DNA from: Fistulifera solaris
Lineage: Eukaryota
NCBI GenBank assembly: GCA_030295235.1
Contig: AP026164.1
Span: forward strand, 1,984,001-2,048,000
Direction: 5' to 3'
DNA length: 64,000 nt
The translations under genes and the position numbers were made by a program. Of this stretch, positions 48,018-59,782 are shown in pieces (the first letter of the stretch is position 1; every line of letters starts with the position of its first letter). The notes below the pieces were generated by a model. It did not search any database. It saw only the letters and a list, made by a program, of their open reading frames with translations, and had not been told where the DNA came from.

Positions 48018-49640
48018 CTAAGGGCTTCCTTTTGACGCTGTGCCGACAAACTCTTGCAACAACTTCGGGCTCGTGCTCTCGAAAAGTATGTCATGCAAAA
48101 AACGCTCGAGCAGAAAAACTTTCAAAGACAAGTATCCGGCGTCCAAGCAGCGGAACCAACGTTGGCGCTTCTTCAGAAGCCTCCAGCTTGTGATGGCGTT
48201 CGGAAGGTGCTCGATTTCGGGCTCTTCTGTCACTGCCAGCGGAGAAACAGTCGCAATCACGGAGGCGCATCCTTCGTGTGAATGGGTGACTTTCTTTGCA
48301 AGCTCTTCAAAATCTCTGTAGCGTTTCCACACGCCAACCGTATCTTGAATGCTGCCTTGGCGATATATTACCAGGAACTGTGCGTATTTGTGACCATTGC
48401 TGCTTTCCACAACACGATAAGAGGCAATGCTGATGTTTATTGTCACAATTCCGCCACCTTTTTCGGCTGGTCTTGCAAAGCTCTTCGACACGGTAGTTCC
48501 GAACGCATTCATCCCACGAATTAGTACTGTCAAGTCGCCGTTGCTTCCATGGCCTCGTATTGTTTTTGGTAATATTCCCGATTCATCCCTACGCTGGTTA
48601 GGATCATTCATAAGCGAGACAAGAGTAGCTTCAGCGGCAGCTCCCTTATCTGCGACTTGTGGCTGAACAGCAGCGCCGGTGTAGTCATCACGCAAGTTCG
48701 GGCCATCGAACATACCATCGGCAAAAGGACTCAAAGAAATCGGCGATGCCGCTGTCAATACCTCGGACGGCATGCTATAATTGACTTGTGACCGCGCAAA
48801 ATTCTGGGCCCACATTTTTTCGTAAAAAGCTCTTTCTTCAACAGGCTGGGGTGGGCGTTGCCCAGCAGTATGCTTCCATAGATGCTGCGAGCTTAAAGAC
48901 TCTTCCAAGACGTACGTTGGTGCGGTGACTGCCATTGCGCCTGCATCTAACGATGAAAAGCGACAGCGGTTCTTAGATTTAAAAAAATTGACACAGAATT
49001 GTTTCGACTGCTGCTTACCTTTTGGGCTGCTGTCTTCGACTTCACCGCTTGATGCAATGCGTGGAACGAGCCCCGAACGCTTCGTGCTCTTCTTGTCTGG
49101 TTTCGGCGCCCTGTGCTCTGATCCATGCACGTCTTCGTACCATCCATAACCCCAGTCGTTGCTACTATTCTCACTTCTTGCTCGGAAGGAATCCGAACTA
49201 CCCGTAGCTGAATCGTCGTTACGATGTCCACCACTCATTCGGCTACCTTGTCGTTGGGTCTGAAAGTTCACAAATCGATTTTGAGCACTACGTAATGGAT
49301 TGCCAGTCGATTCCACAATGTTGTCAAAGTGGTATGTCTGGCCCGATACTTCGGCCATCTCTTCTTCTCGAGTAAAAGGTTCTTCCGGCAGCAAACCTCC
49401 ACTACTATCGGAAAGACTAGAACCGCTGGATATCGATCGTCTCATCGCAGTAAGACGCGTCGGAACCGCCATATTGTCGTCTTGATCGCTCGCACTGAGA
49501 GCATCCGTATTGTCGTATTCGACCATCATTTCGTTGTGATCAGGACTGTTGTCGACTTCCATGTCCACGTTATCGGTTGCAGAGACCACTCTGCGCATCC
49601 CTTCGCCTGATCCAGCTGTTTGATTTTGACTTGTCGACAT
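48018..49640 (-). CDS. PX-domain protein (probable in-frame intron ~49017-48947)
   Basis: YAQFLVIY...VWKRYRDFEEL...LERFLHDIL.......L.EF; GTAAGC...TTAG intron signals. Confidence 0.75.
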   Translation of the reverse strand: MSTSQNQTAGSGEGMRRVVSATDNVDMEVDNSPDHNEMMVEYDNTDALSASDQDDNMAVPTRLTAMRRSISSGSSLSDSSGGLLPEEPFTREEEMAEVSGQTYHFDNIVESTGNPLRSAQNRFVNFQTQRQGSRMSGGHRNDDSATGSSDSFRARSENSSNDWGYGWYEDVHGSEHRAPKPDKKSTKRSGLVPRIASSGEVEDSSPKGKQQSKQFCVNFFKSKNRCRFSSLDAGAMAVTAPTYVLEESLSSQHLWKHTAGQRPPQPVEERAFYEKMWAQNFARSQVNYSMPSEVLTAASPISLSPFADGMFDGPNLRDDYTGAAVQPQVADKGAAAEATLVSLMNDPNQRRDESGILPKTIRGHGSNGDLTVLIRGMNAFGTTVSKSFARPAEKGGGIVTINISIASYRVVESSNGHKYAQFLVIYRQGSIQDTVGVWKRYRDFEELAKKVTHSHEGCASVIATVSPLAVTEEPEIEHLPNAITSWRLLKKRQRWFRCLDAGYLSLKVFLLERFLHDILFESTSPKLLQEFVGTASKGSP

Positions 49641-50560
49641 TATGATCGACCTTAAATAATAATAATAATCAGTCAACTACCAAATTGCTTATTAATGTAG
49701 AATTATTATTTAGCTCGTGCAGCGTGCAAACACAACGTGGCTGTTCATGCGGTGCGACGACACGGAGCCGGAAAAGTCTTCTTTAGAAACCGAATCGTAC
49801 CGGTACAGGATACTAGGGTACCTACCGGTAACCGCAACAGCATATTCCTTTCATGAACTACCTCGTATCATCCTTCATTTGCTCATTCATTGCATCATTC
49901 AATCACTTTCTCTCTTTTTTTCGTATTGGTCAAGCAATATTTGGGTACGTACGTTGAGATAGCCAACCGATTTGTCGTTGTAGGTTTCGCTTCGTCTTTT
50001 AGTGCCTTCTGGCGGGAACTGCGAAGACATCGCATTTAGTTCTCCTTAATTTTGACTGGCTACGCTTCTGACCTTTTCTGCAACAGGTTTATATCAAAGA
50101 TGAAGCCAATCGTATCTCAGAATTCAGTGTCGAACCATCGAATGCGGTTCTCATGCTCATGGAGATATATGATTGTATGCTGGCTTTTTGTCCAACGACA
50201 GCAACTCTTTTTCGATGGATATCATCTGGAGCGCGAGTACACCATGAATGATCACAATATTAGGGAAGAAAGTGAACTACGCGTTATTTTGCGACGTAAG
50301 TAGCAATGAACGACCGTTTAGTCGCGAAACGATGGTTCGTTTTGAAATGCGCACCTCCGTTAAACGTTGTGAGTTGTGAATGCCATTCGCGCTGCGAGCT
50401 TGAACTATTTCCATGGTTTTTGGTTCCCCTTACTCCCTTTCATTTTTTTTGCGTGGAATGTATACGTCAAATTTAAGTCAGGCCAGTCCACCATCTGCTT
50501 CGCCTCGCACTATCACGGAAGCAATTGAAAAAGTAAAACGAATTCTAGACGCAATCAATG

Positions 50561-50633
50561 ACTCCTTAATTGCGTAGAACCATTGGCTGATGATCAACTA
50601 CTCCTTAATTGCGTAGAACCATTGGCTTATGAT
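50561..50633. repeat. 39 bp-period tandem duplication
   Basis: actccttaattgcgtagaaccattggct(g/t)atgat at 50561 and 50600. Confidence 0.9.
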
Positions 50634-51763
50634 GTACCATTGTGATTCTAAGACATTAAAGACCAAGATACCCTAGATTTGCGAATCGGAGTATTGTGCT
50701 CTTACATTTACCCCGCGGCACATTTGACAAGCCATAAATGGTGGCTGAGCTCAAACTTCGGGCTGCAACAATCCGCAACCCCATGATCAAAATCAACAGC
50801 TTATACGCCTCATCGGGAAGAATATTGTAAGGCGCGACCGGGATTTTGATGGGGGAGAAAGAGAAGAATGCTGGCGAATTCATTCGGACAATCAGTGAAT
50901 TCTGTCTTTGTCGGCGAGTCAAGTTGATTGCGTTTGATGACAAGGACGTCTACCTAGCAGCACTCCATGCGCATCACAATATGATGCACCCCGCGACAGA
51001 GGCAAAGAAGAGCGTCGATTTGTCTACGGCGGACAAATTGGATAAAGCTCCGACACAAATGTTGATCATGTAGGTGCCATGTCAAGTGAATCTTGCAGGC
51101 ATCGAATCGTCGGATTACCTTAGTTTGTTAATTTGTCGTAGAGTTCACATTGATTTATCTTGTCTCTCCGATTTTAAGGATTCTCTAATCAAACGTCCAG
51201 TAATAAAGAAGAGCATTGTCGAGGAGATAGCGATGCATTTGTCACGCTCTTAAACTGAAAAGCCCTTCAGTGCTGATTCTTTGTGACAGCCGGCTGGTTA
51301 CACTCTGCAAGATTGATTCCATCATCCTCTTACTCTCCGAAGATGTCGATCGGAATAAATGTTGCTTTAAGCCTTATTCCGTGCTACCCACAATCATTGT
51401 TTTCGAGGCTAGACCAACTTCTCAGATGTAATGGCGCTCTTTACCATCGAGAGTAATACACTTCGCCGTCACAGCTCACCGACGCCCCTGGACAGTTTCG
51501 TGCGATTTTTAGTGGACTTCTCTTTCTAATTCATGTAGTATCCGCTTTCGTATTGAGATCGGGTGAAATAGAATAATCTAACATGCTCAAAGTTGTTAAT
51601 GGTTGCAGCGCGGTGTGTTGTTTTCTCTAGGGTGCAGTCTGTACGCCTCCGTCCCTAAGACGAAAAATAATTATTGTGACGACGATGGATGATAAAAAGG
51701 GCAATAAATTTGACAAGTCTAACACTACGGATCTGGAGAGGTCATCCGAAGTCTGTCGGAAAT

Positions 51764-52255
51764 ATGATGACACTCAAATCAGGGGAGAGACTTCTGTCTG
51801 TATGTGCCTTCGCTTTGCTGGTCTTTCAGTCCCCTTGTTATGTTCTTAGGTCTCACATTGCCAGACGCACCATCCAGACTGTTTCTAAACGACAAATAGC
51901 AAGATTCGCTAGCGTTTCCGGGATAGTTTATTCGAGCGAAAGGTCTGCAGTTTCTGTTCGTCTTTTCACGAAAGAAGGATGCACGCTTTGTGATAAAGTC
52001 AAAGACGTTTTACTCGAACTCCGCGAGAGTCACCCTCATGGTCTCGAACAAGTTGACATCACAGATGAAGGAAACAAGGAAATTTTTGATCGTTACAAGT
52101 ACGACATCCCTGTACTGCACGTCAATGGATTATACTGGACTAAGCATAGGCTATCACAAGACGAGGCCATCCAAGCTCTCGTCGCCGCAGCAAATGGGTC
52201 TTTTGTGAGTCCCCCTGGCGAGCCAGATGCTTCTCGGCTGGAACGCAATAAGTAA
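51764..52255 (+). CDS. Glutaredoxin-like DUF836 protein
   Basis: LFTKEGCTLCD...VDIT......FDRYKYDIPVLHVNG...KHRL; N-terminal targeting-like sequence. Confidence 0.85.
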   Translation: MMTLKSGERLLSVCAFALLVFQSPCYVLRSHIARRTIQTVSKRQIARFASVSGIVYSSERSAVSVRLFTKEGCTLCDKVKDVLLELRESHPHGLEQVDITDEGNKEIFDRYKYDIPVLHVNGLYWTKHRLSQDEAIQALVAAANGSFVSPPGEPDASRLERNK

Positions 52256-52295
52256 TAGCAATCATACGTGAACCGCACAGCTAAGTAACGAAATT

Positions 52296-55200
52296 TTATT
52301 CCTGCTCATTATTGGTCTCGTCCTTCTTCTCGTTGACTTGAGAGTCGAAGAGGGGCTGAGAAATAGGCACATTCGAACTTCCAAACGAACCGAATGGATT
52401 TGTCCCCGACCCAAAAGCATTGAAAGGTGAGGTTGCTGGCGCCGGACCCGGTTGAGCAGGCGTCGGTAATTTGAACGAGGACGTGCCAAAAGAGAAGGAC
52501 ACACTGGATGAACTTCCCGGAGGCTTCATATCAAGAAATGAAGTACTGCTGCCCCCACCAAACACTGGGTTTGCGAATGTCGGCGCTTCGTCTTGTTCTC
52601 CCTCCTGTTTACCCCCCTACGCTGGGCGCTGTTGCTGTTGAAGAGCTAAAGATTGGGGTTGTCACTGTGTTGAAAGACAAGGAACCGCCGGAACCGAAAG
52701 CTGGAATGTTTGTGGAGGCAGGCGGTGCAACGAGCAAGTCCATTTTGGAGGCATCGGCAGAATCACTCATTGGTTCGCTTTGCTCGACGTCTACCTTCTT
52801 CGTAACATCGTCATCTTCTCCCTGCTCTTGCGCATCTAGAACAAGCGATTTCTTGTCGGGCTCGGTTTTTCTTAGTTCAGCATTTGATGAGTCGAGACTT
52901 GATCCAGGAGCGTCTCCCGTTTTCGCCCTTTTTTCATGGTCGTTAGACGGGTCTGACTGGGCATTCTGACTGGCCTCAATTTCAAGTTTTCTCTTGCGAA
53001 GTTTGGCTTCTTCGAGTTTGCGCTTCTTCTCTATTAATTTTTCTTTCATAGAGAGTTCCTTCTTTTCACCTGACATTCGCCTAGTTGGCTTTGGAATCTC
53101 TGCTTCCGAACCAGCTAAAGCTGAATCAGGAACAGCATCTCTCGTCGTCGCTTCACTAGACTTGTTCTTTGAGGGCACGTCACCAGTTGTGGATAGAACC
53201 TGCGGCTTTAGCTCACTGGTGTTTTTCCCCGGTGTGTATACCTCGGCTTCGGCTCGTAGAGGTGATCGTTTCTTAGATTCGACCAGTTGCTGCGTCTCAC
53301 GTGTACCGTCACTTGGTCCAAAGGTGAACCCATCTTCCGGAATCATAGGAAGTCTTTCCTCTAACACTTCTGCGTGCTTCTCGGAATCCGGGTTGCTAGA
53401 GGGTTTCAAAGCTTCGGTTGACACTTCATGGTCTGCAGACGAACTCTTCAAGGCTGCAAGCTGGTCTGAGAGCTTTTTCTCACTGTCTTTGAGTTCCCGT
53501 ATCGTTGACTGAAATTTCCTGAGCGTTTCACGTAGCCTATTATTCTGTTCGTTTGCCCCATCCAATTGAGTTTTGTGGGAAGCTGCCTCTCTTTTCAATT
53601 TGTCCACTGTTGTCTTTAGTTCCTGATGTTCCTCTAGAATCTTTGCGTTCGAAACTTTAATATTCGATAACTTTTCATTTTCCGCTGCAAGTCTTTCGAT
53701 TTCTTTTGTTTTCTCGTCGATTAAAGCTTTTTGCTCCCTGGCTTTCTGATTTAAGTTTTTAGCAATGTTTCTAATGCGTACACTTTCTTCTTCGGTCGCT
53801 TTCTTCCAAGCATTCAGTGACTCCTTTTCTTCTTCCATTGCGCGGATAGTTTCCTTTAACCGGCTATGCTCTTCTGGATCGATTTGATTGAACTTCGAAA
53901 CCAAATTTTGCACTCTTTCCTTCCAAGCTCCAAGGTCTCTTTTCAATCCGTCTCGTTCGGCATCCAGTGCAGCCACTTGTGCACGTAGCTCGCAAATAAC
54001 TGCCTCATTCGGCTTAGAAGACTCTTTCACCACTTCAATCTCTTGTTGCAAGTCCAAATTCTCCTTCTGTAACCTCTCTTTTTCGGTACGTAACACCTTA
54101 TTGCTATCTGTCAATACCATAACTTGTGCTTCTACATCATGGATCTTCTGAACAGCTTCGTTGCCTTGGTCTCCTTTGTCACGTGATTCGGAAAGTAGTA
54201 CATGAAGTTCGGCTCTCGCTTGATCCAGGTTTCTTTTCAAAACATTGCTTGCTGATCTTTCACGATCGAAGGACCGCTTTGTGTTGTCGAGCTCCGACTG
54301 AATCAGCTCGTTCTCGGATCGAAGGAAACGGACTAGTTCGCGTAACTCTGAAACTTCTTTCTGTTGCGCGTGACTGAGCTGCTCGGCTCCGTCATCCCTT
54401 AAGCTGGTATCTACAATGTTTGTCTGTGTTGCGTTTCGCAAGTTTTCAAGCTGCGTGTGTAATGCAGCATTCTGTTCTCTTGCATGCTTCAATGTTTGCA
54501 TTTTTATTTCAAGCGCCTCTTGAAGAGATGACTTTTCTTCTGCCCAGGCTTCACGGTGGCCCTCGCTTTCTCTTTGCAGCGTCAGAAAACTGCTTCGAAG
54601 CTCGGTATTGGTTTGCTCTTCTTTACTCAGCTTTTCCTGGACTTCTCGTAGCGAAGACCTTGCCTGAGAATGTAGACGAAGTTCTCGTTCATAGTTTCTC
54701 TGAGCGATCGTAATCTCGCTGCGCAAACTTTCAACATCTAATTTTAGGGTCACATTCGCTTCTTCTAATGCTTCGACGTCTCTCGACTGGCTTTCAATTG
54801 TGGCTCTCAACGTTGCGATCTCGGTTGTCAGTTTTGTCTCATTCTCACTTCTTTCGTCTCGGTAACCAGCTAAATCATTGGTAAGATCTTGAATAATTTC
54901 TTGCTTCGAAATATTCAAAGCTGACAAACTTTTCACCTTCTCCTCCAAGTCAGCTAATTCTCGTACTTGCTTAGTCGTATTCTCTTCGGTTAGTGCTTTC
55001 AGGGTAGCAAGCTCTGACTCACTAGCTTGGGAAAGGTTTTTGTAGGTCGTGATCTTTTCCGTCATCGAGGCAAGCTCAGCGTCTTTCAAATCAATTTGCA
55101 ACGCAAGACTGTCGATGCGTGCTTGCAGAGATGCGTAAACATCATCATCTCCTGTTAAAACGGCATCCGCTTTGGTGGTCACTTCAAGCTGCGACTCCAA

Positions 55201-57773
55201 TGATTTGCATTTGGACGCCAAACCATTCAATTCTGCCTTAACTTCCAATAAAGCCTTGTCGGCCTTCAACAAGTCGGCCTGAGCTTTAGAGCTTAAATGT
55301 TCGAGATCCTTGACCCGCATATCACTTTCACTCAATTGAAGCTGCAACTTCTCAACTTCACCAGAGTGCTTGTCTCGCTCCAGTTTCAATTGCGAAGAAA
55401 AGCGGGCGACCTCTTCATGGAGTTTTTTCTTGCTCGCTCCCAGCTTTGGTTGCGAGTGTTGCCTCGATGCGGCGTAGGTTATCGTTGACAGACCCATACC
55501 GAGCAACGTCGGCGCGTAGTTGGTGATTTTCTTCAACCGCACGGGCCTCAGAAGCTTTGGCGGTATCTACTTGAGCTTGCAGGAGACGAAGATTACTCTC
55601 CATCCGCCGGGAGTCTTCTTCGGCGCGGCTTAATCTTGAGTTCACTTGCGAGAGGCTTCGCTGAAGGTCCGCATTCATTCGTTCTAACTCGCTTTTTGCA
55701 TTCATGATGGACCGAACTTCACCACGAGAGCGCTCAAGAGCTGATTCCAAGCGTTCCGACTTCTCCTTATGATAGTCAGTCTCAGATGACCTGCGAGCCG
55801 CTTCGCTACGATGCAAAACCAGCTGGCTTTCTAAAGAGTCAACAGAGCTTCTCAACTCAGCTAACACTGATTCGTACCGACCAATACGTTCCGATAAGCT
55901 CTCTTTTTCTCTCAAAGCAGAATTATAATCCGACTTGGCAGCAACCAGCTGGTTTTCTAACTCTTTGTTGCGTTCTTCAAGAGCCCTGGACCGGTCCGAT
56001 TGCCGTTTTAACACGGCCAAAGCGTCTGCTTCGTCCTGAAAAGAGCCTAAAATGTTACTATCCTTTGATACCAACAGCGATTTATATAGATCGCGCTGCA
56101 TAGCAATTTGAATCGCAAGACTTTCCTGATCGCGCTGCTCCTGTCGAAGAATATTCAACTCGGATTCTTGATCCTCAAGCTTCCGCTGTAGGTCGTCATT
56201 GTCGATTTTTCGCTCAAGATCTTCAATGACTAGCATCAATCGTTGCTGCTCAGCAAGCAACCGCTGGTTCTGACTCTGCATTTGCTGGACAGACAAAGGA
56301 ACATCATCATCAACATTTCCACCGGAGCGGCTTGTGAGAAGCCCCTGTACCTGCTTTGCCAATTCTTCTGACTCCTTCTTCTTGGTAGCGAGGACGAGTC
56401 GCATAGTAGATATTTCATTCTGAGCATCTCTAGCTTCCTCTCTTGCGGTATCGCGATCAAAAATGACTTGCCGCAACCTCTGTTCATAATCGTTCATTTT
56501 GTCCATAGCGAGTTCGTACTCCTCAAGTTGGCGAATCATTTTTGGGCGAAAGTCCAAAATGTCTTGCTCTACCTGTCTGAACTGTAGTTGCCAATGTTTA
56601 CATTGAATCTTTTCCTGTCGAAGCGCCTGCTTTGTCTCTTCAAGTTTTGTGTACAGATCTGTCAATGACATCGGTTCTGCGTCTTTCTCGTCGTCAATGG
56701 CCATTTCGATACTATTTGCGATAGTGCCAACGTATCGTGGATTTGCTTGCAGCTCTTCTAGCTTCTTCTCGTAATCTTCTTTCTGCCGTTCGAGAAGTTG
56801 TTGTTTTTCAGTTTCCAATTCAAGACGTAAGCTACTAAGCTCCTCCTCGTTTGCCTCCATGGCACGTGCAGCTGCTTCTTTCATGTCTTCATTTTGACGG
56901 ACCACGTCATTGTACCGCTGTTGCCACCTTTCTAAATGATCCTTTTGCAATTGAACGAGTTTCTTTTCCGCTCTCAACTGATCTTCACTTGTCTCTTGAA
57001 CGGCAACAAGCTCCTGCTTTGTGGAAAGAAGATCCCGAGAAAGCCGGTCAACCTTTTGTTGCAATTCTACCTCAGTTTGCTTTACAATTTGAAGACTTGC
57101 TTCCACGGTCTTTTTTCTCTGTTGTGGTTTGGTCTATTTGCATGTGGAGGTCGAGCGTGCGGTCGCGCGATTCTTGCTGAAGGCGATTATAGTCTTCGGC
57201 TTTTTGCTGAAGTTCTTTCTCTAGCCATTTAGAGTGAGCTTGCAGGCTATCGATTTCAATTCGAAGACGTTGAGTTTCAAGGAAGAGGGGGATAGCCTCA
57301 GAATCTTTCAACTTGGTCTGAACCTCCAGTGTCGAAATGATCTTTGATTTCTCAGCATTCTGATCAGATAATCGACTTTGCGACAAGAAAACTGTTAAGA
57401 AACAATTCATCTTGCGAATGCGGTATCTTGGTAGAACGTACCTCAACTCTTCTCGTAGCGAATCACTTTCGGCTTGAGATCTATCGACTCGTTCTTGAGC
57501 CAACTTAATGCTCTCTTCCAGTGTCTGAATTTTTGACTGTGTGACCAACTTATTTGCTACTTCTTTCTCAAGTTCGATCCGTAATTGCGAGATCGTTTCA
57601 CTGGCATCGTCAACTAAATTCTCCTTAACCTCCAACAGCTCGTGCTCCAAGCGATCGCGTTCCTCTCGGACTGCAAAATATTGGCGCTCCAAGTCTTCCA
57701 GCACCGTTTGCGAAACCAAATCGTCACCGCGAGGGAACGGCGCCTCTGCTGAATCGTCAAAATCCGTGTCCAT
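52296..57773 (-). CDS. TPR: Nuclear basket nucleoporin TPR/Mlp1 (intron ~57441-57377; frameshifts ~57105, ~55430, ~52610)
   Basis: Very long coiled coil; SLTDLY, QNQRLL, QRDLYK.LL, AQRNYERELRLH, ELRELVRFLRSE.E, WKERVQNLVSK...IDPEE; FG-rich tail. Confidence 0.85.
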
Positions 57774-57978
57774 GCTTTCCAACGTTTCCTGTGCTTGCAA
57801 AAGTAAGTTTAGTTCACGAAAATAACTGATCAAATGGATGGGATTGTCCTTGTGTTTCTAGTCTTATCTTCGATCCGCTGCGCCAGAGAGCCCGCGAAGA
57901 CTTCACGAGGCCGAGAGCGGCAAACGGTAGTTAACTCGTACGACGCACGTACTAGCTAGGGATGCTGGGTTCTGGGAA

Positions 57979-58056
57979 CTGGGAAGGACGATTCTGCCTC
58001 CCAGTACAAGATTCTACGTAGCGACCACGACGAGGCAGAATTTTCACGCCGTTTCC
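57979..58056. repeat. Dispersed stem-loop element, copy 2
   Basis: ctgggaaggacg-attctgcctcccagtacaagattctacgtagcg...acgacgaggcagaatttt.acgccgtt, matches 45352-45435. Confidence 0.85.
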
Positions 58057-58954
58057 TAGGTACGGCAACGGACGGTAGGTTGTCGCCTAAAGTACAGTAT
58101 GGGAATCGGAACCCACCAAGTAGCCTCCCCTTAAATTTTGCGGGTTTCTTCATGTAAACGTTCTCGTCTGTGGATTAACAGAGAGACGATTTATTAGATA
58201 CGGAGTACATGGTTAAGTCTGATGATAATTGACAAATAATTACCATCACCGCATCGAAACGCTTGAATGTCATATGGTAGAAATGAATAGCAACGACTCT
58301 CATTCAGTGTTTGTTGACTATCCATTTTGTTAAGACCCAAAACTTTCTCAATACCTCGATACTCGGGTATCGTCGATTGGGGGAGCGTGTCCGATAGGAT
58401 TGATAATATCGCCAACGCTTACAAAGTCTATAGGGGCATGCTTAAGGAGAATATTTCCGTGGTCGTGTTGGACAGCTTTGCGGGGACTGAGGTTTTTTAA
58501 GTGGAAGGACTTTGAGTTTAAGGAAGATGAAACACGAGGAACATACTGGTACTTGTAGAACTCCATGGAGATGTTACAGTACTGTATCCTGTGTCTAGTT
58601 CAATGGTCGGATAAGGTTAAAAGTCTAGCAAGGATTATCGATGACGGTCCCTATTTAAGAGTTCAACGGAAAGAGTAGTAAAAACGTGGACAAATAGCTA
58701 TAGTTCAAATATAGTTGAGATAAAAATTGTACAGCGTATGGACACAACAAAACAACCTTGAAAGAAAGCAATGACGACAAGAAACCGAAATAAATAGTGA
58801 AACATGAAGATGAAGGTAGGGTACCGGTACCTCTTCAACGTATTGAAGCGATTGACAGAAAAGGGCGACGGAAAAAGACTCATTTGCTCTTGGCCTGGTG
58901 TTTAATTCTGTATCTTTTGCTAACTGAAGACTTTGGTCAAAAGAAATTTGAAAG

Positions 58955-59782
58955 ATGTCCGACGGTCAAAATAATGTTCTTGTGGCACGCAACAACACTT
59001 TAGTCGCCGAATCAGACCTTGATGCAGCCGCCTGTGCCATAAATCGCTGCTTTGAGAAGGAGATGTCAAAGCTGCAAGATGCACTCTCGGATGACGAGGC
59101 GGCACGACACTATGTAAAGCTGCTTACAGCTTGCCGCGATAGTCTCCTCTCCCACATCGGACGTGTCGTTGAGCCTGTTTCTGACGAAGCTTTTTTCCAG
59201 TTCGTCAATAATGAAGTTCTATCAAAGTCAGAGGGCTTGCAACTGAAGCCTAAAGAGCAGGATAAACAACAGTCTGTCTCGACCAATAGCGATGCGCGAT
59301 ACGAATTTGATGTGGAGGATTTGATAGATGAACAGGCATTTCTGCGCGTGCGGGAGTTACGAAAAAGCGCACGTGACGAAGCACGACAGCTCCAGGACCT
59401 CCGCATTGCTGTGATCGATCGTGCAACGTCCTTAGCGCAAAGACAAGTCGATGTACTTACAAAACATCCAAATGACAACAGCGCTCCGATCGAAAATGTT
59501 TCCAGTGCCCTTTTGAAAAAAGTTTCGAACGAAGCCGATGCAAAATTAATCGACATACGCGAACAGGTATCTGTGCTATGCTCCTCTTTGCAAAAACATG
59601 CCCAAAATAGTGTCGCAAGCAGTATTTCTTCCCTAGATGAAACGGTTTCAAATGTACGCCATGGCCTTGAAATGCAGATTAGCTCGAAGACCAGACAGGC
59701 AATTCTGAAGCGCAACTCGACCAGCGCAAATTTGGAGCAAATCAACACCTCTGATCACTTCGTTCAATTTCTTGGTCAATAA
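58955..59782 (+). CDS. Hypothetical helical/coiled-coil protein (weak resemblance to kinetochore Nsl1/Mis14)
   Basis: 275 aa ORF; EFD.EDLIDEQAFLRVRELR followed by coiled coil; family call is tentative. Confidence 0.55.
   Translation: MSDGQNNVLVARNNTLVAESDLDAAACAINRCFEKEMSKLQDALSDDEAARHYVKLLTACRDSLLSHIGRVVEPVSDEAFFQFVNNEVLSKSEGLQLKPKEQDKQQSVSTNSDARYEFDVEDLIDEQAFLRVRELRKSARDEARQLQDLRIAVIDRATSLAQRQVDVLTKHPNDNSAPIENVSSALLKKVSNEADAKLIDIREQVSVLCSSLQKHAQNSVASSISSLDETVSNVRHGLEMQISSKTRQAILKRNSTSANLEQINTSDHFVQFLGQ

Noticed and set aside
50561..50633. CRISPR-like repeat
   Set aside because: Only two units with a 5 nt gap, no spacers or cas genes; eukaryotic context
52869..52880. ttcttagttcag, a 12 nt complement of the variant U6 ISL, as a candidate U4
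   Set aside because: Lies antisense within TPR coding sequence with no U4 stem I, kink-turn or Sm site; chance match
58194..58566. Two short overlapping minus-strand ORFs upstream of TPR
   Set aside because: No recognisable motifs; too short to support a gene call
59110..59748. Long antisense ORFs (also 7030-7809, 52994-53512 and others)
   Set aside because: Shadows of real genes on the opposite strand; no independent motifs
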